A stretch of 60,281 nucleotides of DNA, filler included, from Dimargaris cristalligena (taxonomy: Eukaryota), in assembly GCA_003614675.1 (NCBI GenBank). It is 5 parts of 5 records of this genome, joined end to end, with 100 filler letters (N's around TTAATTAATTAA, not from the genome) between each part and the next. Parts side by side here need not be neighbours in the genome. Positions count along the whole stretch, not along the records: positions 1 to 11,983 come from ML003067.1; 4 more parts are not named here. One strand, given 5' to 3'. The notes beneath the pieces are model-generated. The model ran no database searches. It was not told where the DNA came from and worked only from the letters and a program-made list of their open reading frames with translations. Positions 1-12,083 of the stretch are shown here, in pieces. The stretch's first letter is position 1. Every line of letters begins with the position of its first letter. The translations under genes and the position numbers were made by a program.

Positions 1-103
1 TCCTCGTCACATTCACTAATCCTCTTTTATGTAGTACCCCCCTACATTCTCTCCCTGCCCTCTCCCCCCCCCTTCGGAACAATGTGTTTATATGCAACCG
101 TAG

Positions 104-2221
104 GCCATTCGCAAGAAGGCCGAGCAGGAACTCTCGCGCAAGATCTCCAGTCCCAAGAGCCGCAACCTGCAACGCACCAAGCGGGTGTCGGGCACCGTTT
201 CTAGCCTCCAGCCCTCGCCGGCCCTGACGGTGCGCCAGAGCATGACGATCCAGGAGGCGGCCCAACTCATGGCGGCCAAGCGAGCTGACTCGGTGCTGGT
301 GGTGGACAACGAAGAGCGCCTGGCGGGTATTTTCACGGCCAAGGATGTGGCCTTCCGGGTGGTGGCCGATGGCCTCGACGCCCGGGCCACCCTGGTATCG
401 CAAATCATGACCAAGAGTCCCCTGTGCGTGACCACGGATACGAGTGCTACTGATGCGCTGAACACGATGGTGAGCCGGGGCTTCCGCCACCTACCCGTCT
501 GCAATGACGAAGGGGACGTGGTGGGTCTGCTGGACGTCATCAAGTGCATGTACGAAGCACTCGAAAAGATGGAACGCGCTTACGGATCGAGCCGCAAACT
601 GTACGATGCCCTCGAAGGGGTCGAAAAGGAATGGGCGGTCCATCCGGCCCCGCTGTTGCAGTTCATTGATGTCATGCGTGAACGTATGGCCTGTCCCGAT
701 CTCATGTCGGTACTGGGTGATTCCGACCCGATTGTCGTATCGCCCCGCACCAGTGTGCGCGAGGTAGCCCATATGATGCGCACCCGCCGGACCACGGCCT
801 CACTGATTGTCGAGGATAACGAGCGACTGTCGGGTATTTTCACCAGCAAAGACATTGTGCTCCGCGTCATCGCCGCCGGTCTGGACCCCTCCAACTGCAG
901 CGTCATCCGCGTCATGACGCCCCATCCCGACACCGCCCTGCCCACCACCACCGTGCTGGATGCCCTCAAGCGCATGTACGAATACCACTACCTGAATCTG
1001 CCGGTCGTGTCGGCCGATGGCGGTATCATCGGGTTGGTGGACGTATTGACCCTGTGCTACTCGACGTTGGAGCAAATGAAATCAATTCAGGGGGCCGATG
1101 CCGAAGGTCCCATGTGGGGCCGGTTCTTCGGTGGGGCCGCCCCGGGCGCGGAAGGCGAGAATGAGTCCGTGTATTCGGATTCCATGATCAATTCCGGACA
1201 CCATCCCGGCTCGTCGTCCCTCTACCAGCCTACCACGTCCGACGTGTACCCGCACGACTCAGTATCCGTTGCTGAAGACATCGCCTCCGCGGTCAATTCC
1301 CGCATCGGCGGTGAATCCTACGTGGCCTCTACTACGGCCGGTCCCAGTCAGGGCGGGGCCCATTCGGTCGTCTACGAAGAGGGCCAGTACGTGTTCAAGT
1401 TCAAATCGCCGACGGGTAAAGTGCATCGGTTCACCTCTACCTATCAAGACCTACCCGAGCTCCAGTCCATCATTGTCCACAAACTGACCCTCGACGGGCT
1501 GCCCGATGCCGAACAGAGTCTGCTCGAGGCGGGTCTTTGCTACATGGACGAAGAAAATGACTACGTGCTCATTTCGTCCGAGACGGACCTGTTGGAGGCG
1601 GTCAAAATCGCCCGGGCCCACCAATGGCAACGTATTGTGCTGGCGCTGAACCCCGAGGTGGTGCCGACGGCTGCGGCAACCTCTTCGGTAGTTACCGGCG
1701 GCGGCGGTATCCCGGGCCCCGGGAGTGTGGCCGCAGGGTACCCGAGTTCCTCCCAGCTCGGGTCCCGGGCCCCTTCAGCAGCGGGTATGACCGCCAGCAT
1801 GACTGGTAGTTATTACCACGCCCATCCCCAAGCGTCGGCATACCAGTCGTACCCGCCGCCACCTCATTCGGTGGCGGATAGCGGCGCCCCGACCGGTAGT
1901 AGCCAAGTCGGCTACGGGGGCAGTAGTGGTTTCCTCTCGGCGCCCGGAGGAGGTCCCGAGTGGGATGAGGCCTCCGCGATAGCTGCTCAGCGATCGGTGG
2001 TACAAGGAGACGGTAGCGCCGCCCTGCACAGCCGTAAGGGAAGCACGACGGGGTCGACGGTCGGCGGTGATAACAACTCCCCCCAAACGGCTAATTCGGA
2101 TGATAATAAGCCCAAGTATCCCGGTGGCTTACCCGAGCCGTGGGTCATCCCGGCGGCCATTGCCGGGGGCTTCTTGGCCGCATTAGTGGGTGTTGTGATT
2201 ATCCTTAAAGCCACCAAATAA
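104..2221 (+). CDS. CBS-domain/PB1-domain tail-anchored protein (Mug70-like), last exon; 5' exon(s) lie upstream of the window
   Basis: Acceptor TAG at 101-103, then in-frame AIRKKAEQELSRK leading into ORF 185..2221. Two CBS pairs (LAGIFTAKDVAFRVV...IMT, GFRHLPV; LSGIFTSKDIVLRVI...VMT, YLNLPVV), a PB1-like segment (FKFKSPTGKVHRF...YMDEENDYVLISSETDL) and a C-terminal hydrophobic helix (WVIPAAIAGGFLAALVGVVIIL). Confidence 0.9.
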   Translation, partial: AIRKKAEQELSRKISSPKSRNLQRTKRVSGTVSSLQPSPALTVRQSMTIQEAAQLMAAKRADSVLVVDNEERLAGIFTAKDVAFRVVADGLDARATLVSQIMTKSPLCVTTDTSATDALNTMVSRGFRHLPVCNDEGDVVGLLDVIKCMYEALEKMERAYGSSRKLYDALEGVEKEWAVHPAPLLQFIDVMRERMACPDLMSVLGDSDPIVVSPRTSVREVAHMMRTRRTTASLIVEDNERLSGIFTSKDIVLRVIAAGLDPSNCSVIRVMTPHPDTALPTTTVLDALKRMYEYHYLNLPVVSADGGIIGLVDVLTLCYSTLEQMKSIQGADAEGPMWGRFFGGAAPGAEGENESVYSDSMINSGHHPGSSSLYQPTTSDVYPHDSVSVAEDIASAVNSRIGGESYVASTTAGPSQGGAHSVVYEEGQYVFKFKSPTGKVHRFTSTYQDLPELQSIIVHKLTLDGLPDAEQSLLEAGLCYMDEENDYVLISSETDLLEAVKIARAHQWQRIVLALNPEVVPTAAATSSVVTGGGGIPGPGSVAAGYPSSSQLGSRAPSAAGMTASMTGSYYHAHPQASAYQSYPPPPHSVADSGAPTGSSQVGYGGSSGFLSAPGGGPEWDEASAIAAQRSVVQGDGSAALHSRKGSTTGSTVGGDNNSPQTANSDDNKPKYPGGLPEPWVIPAAIAGGFLAALVGVVIILKATK

Positions 2222-4863
2222 GTAGGATAGTAAGAATTGGGCGTTTCTTTGGACCAGCTTTAGTTTAAACGGCCGACTGTTGAAAGGAAGCGATTAGGTG
2301 TGGCATGGAAAGATAAGATTGTGATATGGACGTATCATACTTCGCCTTTCTCTCCCACTACCACTCTACCTCCAACACCTCCGACGTTACCCCCACCATG
2401 ACATTACCCTGTTGCAATTACTAAGCCCTTATCGTATTTTTTTCGGGATTCTCTAGTGGCATACCTTTTATTAACACTTCCAATTCGTTAGTTTTGCGCA
2501 ATCACCTATCATAGGCATTTTAAAGTATACGGGCAAATCCCTATTTCTTCCACTCGCGCTATTATTTTTTTATTCATTCAATACATTTATAAATGCATCA
2601 ACAACCATTGCTCACTGGGGACGTTTGTGTAAATTGGCATACAAGCTATGATGAGAGAGGGGGAGGGCTAATAAGAATTATGTATTGGTGAGTGTTATCG
2701 ACTATCCACACATCTTGGGTTGACGGAAATACAACGAAAATAGGGCAAGAGGGAGGGGACGGCCGACTAGACATCTGCCCAAGTGGATTTATCAACGGGA
2801 GGATTCCCAACTTTAATATGTACCAGCTGTGGGTCCCCCGCCCACTTCCGCCCGACTCTTGTTATTGGAAGATGGTTCAAATTAGGGGAGATAATCTGCC
2901 ACTCCGGAGGATGCCCGCTGGACCGCCATGAAAGATCCGCCGATTTTTTTTGTAGCTCCCAGTATAGATTGGTGCATTAGAGAGATGGAGAGGGACGGGC
3001 CTAAAGCCATGGTCGGCGTAATAAATTTAGCTGAGTTAATGTGTGTTTTTGTTTTTATTTTTTAGGTAACCCAGTGTTAATTAAGGGTCAATTAGTTTGT
3101 ATATTGTGTTGGTATATCGGGGTATAGTTTTCCCTCCAAGAGGAGACGGAATGGGTTGACGAAAAAAGATAATATGGGTGTATATATATATTCATTCTAT
3201 AATTATCGAGAGATTTTGAAGGGGGGTCTCTTGAATTACTTGAATGTACCCTTGTCCCCCACCCAATACTAGAATGGGCAAACCATGTAAGCAGCCTATC
3301 GTCGGCTTATCTCGGTATTCGGTTACTCGACTGTGAATCTTCTCGGTCCACAATGGAGAAGGAGGAGGAGGGGGGGGGGTTGAAGGAAGATAACGATAGT
3401 AGTGTTGGCAGCCCCATTGGTGTAAAAGCCGCCAAAACGACGCGGGGCGCCTCAACACTGCCCACGATGGCTCTAGTAAGCAGCGAAATGCACAGCTGGT
3501 CAAGGGGCCATCACTCCCCCCCCCCCCTTCAGCAGCACCAAGTACTGGGTATAAATTAACAGGGGTGTTGTGGTGGAGGAGTTGAAGTATTTAGCCAGCC
3601 TTCGTTATCGGCCAGACAGGTAAATCCAATACAACAACCGATCGGACGTAACGGTGGGTGGTGACGGTCATACCATATTAACTCTTCTCGCCCCAAATCC
3701 CTTGAAGCAAGGTTTAGTGCATCTATCTCTCTCCACCACGGAAATGCAGCGTACCTCTCCTTCTACATATAATAATCCTTTAGCATCTATCTATACCATG
3801 GTGGTGGATGGACATCATCAACTAAAAATAACCGAACGATTTCCAACATGACTATCGATTAAATTACCATTATCCGGCAGTGAGCAGATGTCCATTTTCA
3901 GCCCACAACGATGTGTGGCCCATGACAGGAGATTTCGACCAAAGCCCATTCAGGCGTTGGTTTACGGAACAGTAAACCTGGTAGGTAGACCAGAAAATAG
4001 TATACTATACATACCTATTTATTTATACCGTTCGTTCCTAATGATAGCTGCTCACATACGAGCTATCAATCACATCATCATTCTTTTACACACGTTTACC
4101 GGTCAATGATATATAAGTTATTCCAAGCATTAATGCTACAAGTATATTAGGTGTTATAAGATAGTAAGGAGGGGAGAAATAAAAGACGGAAAATGCATGT
4201 CACCAGTAAGCCATCATATAACAGGACCCATTGATGAATATGCAATCAAAATAGGGGTTGGGGCAGCGGAAAGGAGAGAGACGAGCACACACATATCCAA
4301 GGCCAAGAAGATACGATGACTAGCTAGATGAAGGGGGAGATGATGTGGAGGAAGGGGGTGGAGGCGCAACCAGGCCAGCTAGTCGTTGAAATAATAAGGA
4401 GCAAAAAACCGAACGCTAAAAAACACCCATCAGCGGAAATTGGAGCTATTGTTGGAAATACTAAGGAATATCGGAGGAACATTCGGATACGCCTTATTAT
4501 TCCTCAAAGCGGGAGGATACACACATACAACCATCCCGCCTATCTATTATTATAGAATATGTAGAGTTCCCATACGGGGGAGCATCTCATTAGGCTAAAA
4601 GCAAGACGGATTTTAACGCTTGGGTTTGTCGCGTCTTGTAGGACGTCACCCCTCCTCCTCTCCACATTCACCTCTTCCAGGCACTAAAATAAAACCAAAA
4701 CAATTGCCCCACTAACTAACTTATGGGGGGGGGTTGTTAAAGTATAGGGGAGATTATATAGGAAGGACTATTACTGGTGGCTGGAAGGGGGAATAAAAGA
4801 AGGAACCGGTGGAATTGAGGGTTCGTTAGGCGTGTGGGTTTGGACGGGAATAGGAAACGGAAT

Positions 4864-5733
4864 TTAGAGGGTGACCTGACGCTTGCAGTTCGTGCATCTA
4901 CGCCGGCATTTGCGACCAGAGGTGGTGGTCGTAGTAGTTCCGGAGTAGTCGACAGCGCCGGTGGTGGTGGGGGCGGTAATGATATCGGTGACGGGGGAGG
5001 CTTCCACCATGGGGTTAGTGGTGGTAGTGGCAGCCACCGTCGGGGTCATTTCAGCGGCGCGGTTGTCGGTGACGGTAGGGGTGGCCGTCGCGGCCGAAGA
5101 AGAAGCAGAAGCAGCCTGCGAACTGCCGCCCTTAATGGCCAAATCGAAACAGGTGGAGTATTGCTGACCCGCGGGGTTCTGGTTGAACTCCCAGAAGAGG
5201 ACCAGCTGGAACCGGTCGCTGCTGGGCAGAGTGGCGGGCAGAGTGTAGGTACCCCAGCAATTGGAGTTATCTAACCAGCCGTCGCAGCGGGCTTCGTCCA
5301 TGAACTTCCACTCACCGAGGACCTCGGCCTTGCTGCGCTCGTTATAGTTCACTTCGCCCAGCTCGCGCCCGGGGAAGTACAGGACCTTCATGACGGTATC
5401 ACGGAAAGACTGGTGTCCGTTAATTTCGTACGACACCTTGTAGGTCTTGCCCGCCACGGCCTCGCCCATGGGGAAGGCGGTGGAGTACATGGGCGAGCCC
5501 TGCAGCTTGGGGTCACACATCAGCTGGGACGAGGGGGTCCCGGAAAACAGGTAGGTGTACTTGGTGTTAATGTCAATGTCGTTGCGGCCGGGGTACCCAC
5601 GGCCATAGGCGGTACAGTCCTTGGTCACGGGATCAAAGTCGAAGCAGTCGCCCCAAGTGTGGGCGGTAGCTTGCTGGGGCAGAGTCGATAGGCCGACCAC
5701 CGAGAGGGCGGCAGCTAGCATAAAGGAACGCAT
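4864..5733 (-). CDS. Secreted protein with N-terminal His; LPMO-like/histidine-brace candidate (resembles DUF7492-type proteins), with Ser/Thr-rich linker and basic Cys tail
   Basis: ATG at 5733; signal peptide MRSFMLAAALSVVGLSTLPQQATA followed by HTW. Second His in YEINGH, QQYSTCFD motif, six Cys in the domain, T/S/A-rich stalk. GC-rich coding-like composition. Confidence 0.8.
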   Translation of the reverse strand: MRSFMLAAALSVVGLSTLPQQATAHTWGDCFDFDPVTKDCTAYGRGYPGRNDIDINTKYTYLFSGTPSSQLMCDPKLQGSPMYSTAFPMGEAVAGKTYKVSYEINGHQSFRDTVMKVLYFPGRELGEVNYNERSKAEVLGEWKFMDEARCDGWLDNSNCWGTYTLPATLPSSDRFQLVLFWEFNQNPAGQQYSTCFDLAIKGGSSQAASASSSAATATPTVTDNRAAEMTPTVAATTTTNPMVEASPVTDIITAPTTTGAVDYSGTTTTTTSGRKCRRRCTNCKRQVTL

Positions 5734-6553
5734 ATTGTAAGGAGTTTCGTCCAAAAGAAAACGGGTAGGACGACAGTTGGATTATACTGCCTGTGTGTGT
5801 ATGTATGTGTGAGGGAAGAAGAGCTCTAACAAGAGTGTCTCTTACTTTGGTTCAAAGAAAATTAAACCGCGTCAGGAGTTAGAAAGAAGGAACGAACGAA
5901 GAGGCGGAGGTATATGCAAATAACCAAACGGCGAAGAAGCAACTATACGGATATAATTGCAGGTGCAACCCTGTAAAAATTTAGTGCGTCAATCAAATAC
6001 GAGCTGAAAAAACAAGCGGGTGGTGGTTTCCAAGGAATTAATTTCTAGGGAAAAGGGCAAGATTGGGGGATACGCGACACAATCGGGCGAAGAGACGGCA
6101 GGAATAATGGCAGCGAGGAGACTTGCGACCGAATGATATATAGATGAAAGCGGCAGCGAGGGGAACACTTAAGTGTGAAGGGGATATATGAAAAAGAAGT
6201 AGATATAGGAAAGGGGAGCACACAGCTATTATTAGCTAATGGCAGAGGAGAGAAATAGAAGTTGGTATTAATAAATCCAAAGGAGACAACGAGAAGGGTG
6301 AATAGCACTAGGCTAGAGAATCGTTAGAGAGGGTTCACAGTAGGAAGATACAGGCTGGCTGTAGCGTCATGCAGATGCAAAGAGATGGCGGTTTCTTCAG
6401 GAACACCCGTGTCAACGAGGGAGAGCAAGTAGGGCAAACGGATAACCAACGCGTGGTTATTGTATAGAGATGAATAGAGAAGGCCAGGAGGATACTACCG
6501 TTAGTACTAAGTAGGTGTAAAATAGTAGTGACAAGACAATAAAAGGAGGAATA

Positions 6554-6586
6554 ATAGTAGTGGTGGTAGTAGTAGTGGTGGTAGTA

Positions 6587-6625
<39 letters not shown>

Positions 6626-6643
6626 ATAGTAGTAATAGTAATA
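6554..6643. repeat. Compound trinucleotide microsatellite (GTA/GTG/ATA)n
   Basis: Direct reading: tagtagtggtggtagtagtag...agtaatagtaata. Confidence 0.95.
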
Positions 6644-9600
6644 GGAAGAGGAAGAGGAATAGTAACTGTAGTACGACCAGGCACAAATGCAGCCTCCCTT
6701 GGACCAGGGGGCGACGGCCGTTATATACTACTGCACTGTACAGTGCGCGGGTGGAGCTCGGCTCCTTTCCGTTGGAACGGAACACCACCCGTTCTCTCTC
6801 CCATTGAATTACCACTAGAAATACACCCCCAGTGTAGGCCCAACCAACTGATTGCCCTTGTTGTTCCCCTTTTTCACTGTCTCTCCTCCCCTTTGTCGTG
6901 TGGACCTCCCGCTAAACCATCATCCGTACTGTTGGCTAATTTTGAATATAGGGGCACCAATGGGTCCCATATCCGTCAGCCAACCCCCATCCGCCATGGG
7001 GGTGTCCACCCGATACTCTCCTTTCCCGTCCTGATGGCCTTTTCTTATCCACACACCTAGGCTTACTACTTAATTGGCCGGTATTCTCTATACCAGTGGT
7101 GAATTCCGTGGACCTCTTCTGGTTACATTACAATATACAACCGGCTTTTCATTTACGGAAACTATCATCAAATTAGGTGGAAGGGGGCAAAATGAAGCTG
7201 ATAGGGGAAACTTTTATCAATGGGGGGTGCCCCCCACATTCCTATCTCTTTTTTTGACACTCTCATCTCTCGCTACCTAATTAATTGGCTGGCGCTTCCC
7301 TCCTGCCATGCTGCTGGTGGCCAGCCCGCTGGGTGCCTAGATTGCTCCCTTCACCAGTGGGACGGGTGTGAGTGGGGGGAGGGACTATACTATACTAAAA
7401 TAATCTAAAATAACCCCTAGTAAAAGAATGGGTGTGATAGGTGAACTGCCCCACACACACGGTACAGCTCGGTTCTATAATCATTCCCATTCAATTGGCC
7501 CAGCATGGCTCGGACATTGAGGTTCGTTGCCATATGTGTTGAATGGTGGTGGTTCTTCAAGTTTATCAAAGGTGCCATGGCGGGTCTGGATTGGACTACG
7601 CCTCTTCCCCCTATGGGGTAACAACCTTTATCCGGCCCTCCTCGTAGATACCACCATCCATCCACGGACAATAGTATTACCTTAATTCCAAGAATTGTAT
7701 TAGGTCACACTAAACGTAGCCTATAGAATAGTATATACGACCTTCAGCAGTATACTACACTGAGGTTGGGCTGAATCTTCAATACTTGGGCCGTTGTTGT
7801 CCATGAAAATAAATGGAGTAAGAAGGAGAGGGATAGGCTACACGCTGCCCGAATCGGATGGTATGGGCCATCTGTCGTGGTTAACCTAACTGGATTGGTG
7901 GGGTGTCTATTTAATTTTGGAAGGTAAGGGGAACCGGTGCCGAGAAAACGGCATTTGGGTCCCACTCAACCAAAACAAACACCCTGAATTATTGGGAGGG
8001 GGGAACTGTGGCGGCCATAGATGAGATTGATCAGGTCGTGAGGCGGCTGAAAGCATTAAACAAGCCAAACAATAGCAGCTTCTGCCCCTTTTTGGGGCGT
8101 ATCTCTCTTTCTGTGTTATTTTACTCTCCTTTCCTCCTCCTCCCGGCCAATTCCTCTCCTTTCCTTGGGCAGTGTATAGGAAGGAGGAGAGGCATTGTCG
8201 GGCGGCCAATTGGAAAGAGCTTTCAGTCCCTTTTAGCATTTTGGTTACTTGCTTGCCCATCCCAGGTTAATCATTATGGGCTATTGGTCCGTGGAATGTA
8301 AATGACTGTTTATCTAAAACATATGAAACGAGAAGTTCCTTTTGGCCATTGGTGAGTTCTGTTTCATCTGTTGTTGTTAGTCCTTTGTCACCTATTCGCC
8401 ATCCTCTAGTAGAGGATGCTAAGCAAAGGGCAGGTGGAAAAGGAGCGCATCGCACACTTGCCTATTGGAAGATACGATGGTGGAGCTCATTATTAACCTA
8501 TGCGACTATTATTATAGCCTCGGACGGTGCGGCATTTTCGTAACACCAACGCCGTTTCCCTCTCTTATGCCAAACCACGCCAGTTTTGCCCCATATACAC
8601 CTTACATCTCTTGAACACTGTGATGGTCTGCCCAAGATTCATGTGGTTCCGCCCCTTTCCCTCCTGGACCAGCGCCCCGTTCTATCGGAGGGCTTGTCAG
8701 CTCCACACTGCCCTGATGGTTTTCCTCTCCCCTCTTTTCCCCTTGCCTTCTCCCCCCTCTAAAGCCCACACACCATGGACTATATATCCGTCCATGTGGG
8801 GGGACCTCATCCATACTGGAAACATGGTTGTGGGCATCGTGCCCTAGCCTATTCCGACGGGATGGAGTAGATACGGCCCACAATCGCATCCTCTCTCCCC
8901 AAGGCTGGTCACCCGCCAAGAGGCCCACTATCGTCATCGTAGGTCCTATTTACTCAGGCACGCATTTGCCCTTCTTCACCCCCCAAAAATTCATGAAAGG
9001 CCAGTTTCAATCGGGCCTGGCGGAAATTCGAATGTCCGATGTTCCCCATTCGCTCTTTTAACTAGCCGCGAAGGCTGAATGGAAAATAACTTCTGGGATA
9101 TATAGACTCACCCCTTTCTTTCTTGATCCACTTCTTCTTTGGCACCGTCTCATTCGGGCTTAGAGGGGAGGGGGGACATTCACAGGCAAATCCAACTAAG
9201 CAATCCTTGGAGCCACTCCAAAGGAAAAAGAGGAATCATCATGATTCATTCATTTTTTGTTTTAACCGCCCCCATACGCATACTCTCATATTCAGCCTTG
9301 CCTCGTCTACTCCACCTAATGCATGACATGGTTCGGTCTGCAACGGACTTGCTGGGCGGGAAGGTTCCGGATATGATGGGAGGGCGATGGATTTGGCGGG
9401 ACAAGAACAGGGATTCGAGCGAACTGAACCTCGTGCGCGGGTAAACTTATATTCCGCGGTTAGTGGAGTGGAGGCCAGCAATCAACGCCAGCTCATCCTA
9501 CTGTGTCACTGAAAAATAAAAATCGAGGGACATAAGTGTCGGTGTGAAGGTGTGGAATGCTCATCCGCCTAGCTTCCACATTTGTCGATCACACTTCCTA

Positions 9601-9741
9601 ATCGGGTTTAGTGTCCAAGGTCGCGTAGAATTCACATGAGGGCCATATCCCAGTTGAAAATAGGGGGGCCGCCTAGCCTTCAAAATCTAGTCTTTTTTCA
9701 ATTCTTCCCTATTCCGCGTTCAGTTGGATTTTCGTTTACAT

Positions 9742-9768
9742 GAGAGAGAGAGAGAGAGAGAGAGAGAG
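9742..9768. repeat. (GA)n microsatellite
   Basis: Uninterrupted gagaga run. Confidence 0.95.
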
Positions 9769-11983
9769 GGTTCGGGACTCCCCTCCAATATAGTCGCGGC
9801 TCCTCTTAGGTACCACCACATCACCCTGCCTAAATTACCAGCAACATACTCCCACAAAAAGGAACACTCTGTGGCTTCTTGCCCCGTTCCTGGCTGGCTG
9901 GGGTAGATAAATAGGAATGGGCCGTAGCATCGGAATGATAAACACCCGGCCCCCGATCAGAGCCCCGAAACTTCCCGCTGGCGCAGCAAGACACTTACCT
10001 GTATTTGTTGCTGCCTAACCGGTCTAACCGGTATCCGGCAAAGTGGACTGTGTGTCGACACTGTGGTGGGATAGGCCCACTCCTCTCTTCAACCCACAAA
10101 CTATAAAGCGGGTTGTAAGTCGAAAGCGGCCTTCTCGTTGTCACTCACTGACCTCCCTTGGGAGTGAATCAGTCGCTGAGTGAAATGGGTGCTCTTTATC
10201 TGTTGATGTCATTGCGGTCAACTAGTGTGCGTGTGTACATATATATATATATATAGGTGTGGGTGTGTTTGGTGGTTGATCGGCATGTTTAGGACTGGCA
10301 TATATGACTTTCCTTCTATTGGTATAAGAGTAAAATTATATATCCACCAGCACACCAATCTCGGGATGAAACATCGCCATGTTCGACCATCCCCCAAGTT
10401 AGTCGAGATAGGCTCCGCTACAACCATCTACGTGCGGCATCAGCATTTCATCCTGATTTACACAGTTAACGGATGGTAAACCGAAGCATGTCCATTGATG
10501 TAAGTCCGAAGTGCAATTGGAACAAGCTACCCCAGTTATTTTTGTATCCACTAGCAAATGCGAACAGCCCAGCGGGGGTGTCGCAGGTTTCGTACAAGGT
10601 CCCCGACCAGATGGCCCAAAGTACCGTTGAAGCCCACTCTTAATACGGTAGTTGTTATTTTCTCGAACACCAACCCACATCCTAGTTTGTTCACCATAGC
10701 AACTATCTAGATGGTGATTTCGGTAGGCGGGTCTTTGATTTACGGTACTACTCTGCCGCCGTGTATATCTCGAGAGCAGCCGTGATGTCACTTGGCCATC
10801 CTATATGGTCGGTTCAGTTATAAACGCAAGCCATTTTCCGTATTTATCGACGATGCGATTACTCCCTGTTGCTCATTTCTCATCAGCAGGGATCATTTGT
10901 TAAACAAAGGGCCTGTGATTTACAAATCCCTCATTCCCACATTGGAATTGGCAGGCGAAAACAACACTTTTCCGGCAATTAGCAAGGTGATATCTTATTG
11001 CTATATTAGCTTTGAAGTTGCTGATGCCATAATCCATTGATGATTGGTCTTACAATATGTTGTGCAGCTTGACCATGAACGTTCATCCATATTAGGCCTA
11101 GAGAGGAACCACCACCAGTGTGTGCTATTCTCTCAAAAGAAACCGCGAACACCACAAACTGAATGGCTATCCTCCTCTTTTCTCCATTGCGCTATCATCC
11201 TATGGGAACATTGCTTTTTTCAAGGATTCTTTGTAGACGAATCGGTGTAACGTTTCTCTATTGTAAGGAAACCGGACCAGCTCCACATTCCCGCGTAGTC
11301 CAATAACCATTCCTGTTTCGCCTTGGCCAGGAACCCACTGGCCCCCCGAAAGTAGCTTTAAGCCGAAACCATTCAAGGGGGTGCGCCCAGTCTATCGGTC
11401 GATTGGGCGATGCGCCCAGCGATAAGTATGATAATCAAAGTGGATTCTACTTGTCCTGAACACACCAACTAATCGTTCTTATTGGGTTTATTAGCCAGAT
11501 AACCAACTGATATTCGATGGACCTAATAGGCCTTCCCGCCTCTGCCGGCCACTGGTAGGCGTGCCCTATTCGATCCTACTGACCTATCCCGGCGTATCTC
11601 TTTGCAGATAGATGGGGTCCCACGTTTCCCCAAAAGGCGATTCCACCACCTAATTGGTTTCCAGGCAGCCAATGGCAAGCAAACATGGCGAGTGGCGGGT
11701 TCCCTTCCTTTTTACACCTATAAGGGAGTTGCGTGGTCCTTTCGTCCACGCTCCACACACGAATATATAAGAGTAATCCATGTTGAAACTCTTGAAAGCA
11801 AGTCCATATAAATCCATGCAACTGCCTAGCCATTCTACTCTTGGCATTTCTTTAGATCCGATTAGTTGCCAATATCTACTCCCATTCAATATTATAGGGC
11901 GGGGAATGGTTGACTACGTTTTTAACTGGGCGGTGATGGCGAAGCCATTGGATGGAACTAGGTGTATGTTGACCATTGCCAGT

Positions 11984-12083
11984 NNNNNNNNNNNNNNNNN
12001 NNNNNNNNNNNNNNNNNNNNNNNNNNNTTAATTAATTAANNNNNNNNNNNNNNNNNNNNNNNNNNNNNNNNNNNNNNNNNNNN
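11984..12083. other. Assembly gap with artificial six-frame stop spacer TTAATTAATTAA
   Basis: N-run with the 12-mer at 12028-12039; the same construct occurs at all four gaps. Confidence 0.97.

Noticed and set aside
6457-7060. Poly-Val, poly-Thr and poly-Leu ORFs
   Set aside because: Translations of the GTA/GTG microsatellite.
9993-10001. ACTTACCTG resembling the 5' end of U1 snRNA
   Set aside because: No downstream U1 stem-loop motifs or Sm site seen; better read as a minus-strand splice donor CAG/GTAAGT.
12028-12039. Palindromic TTAATTAATTAA repeated four times (also 24108, 36187, 48259) at roughly 12-kb spacing
   Set aside because: Always embedded in N-runs; an artificial six-frame stop spacer from scaffolding, not biology.
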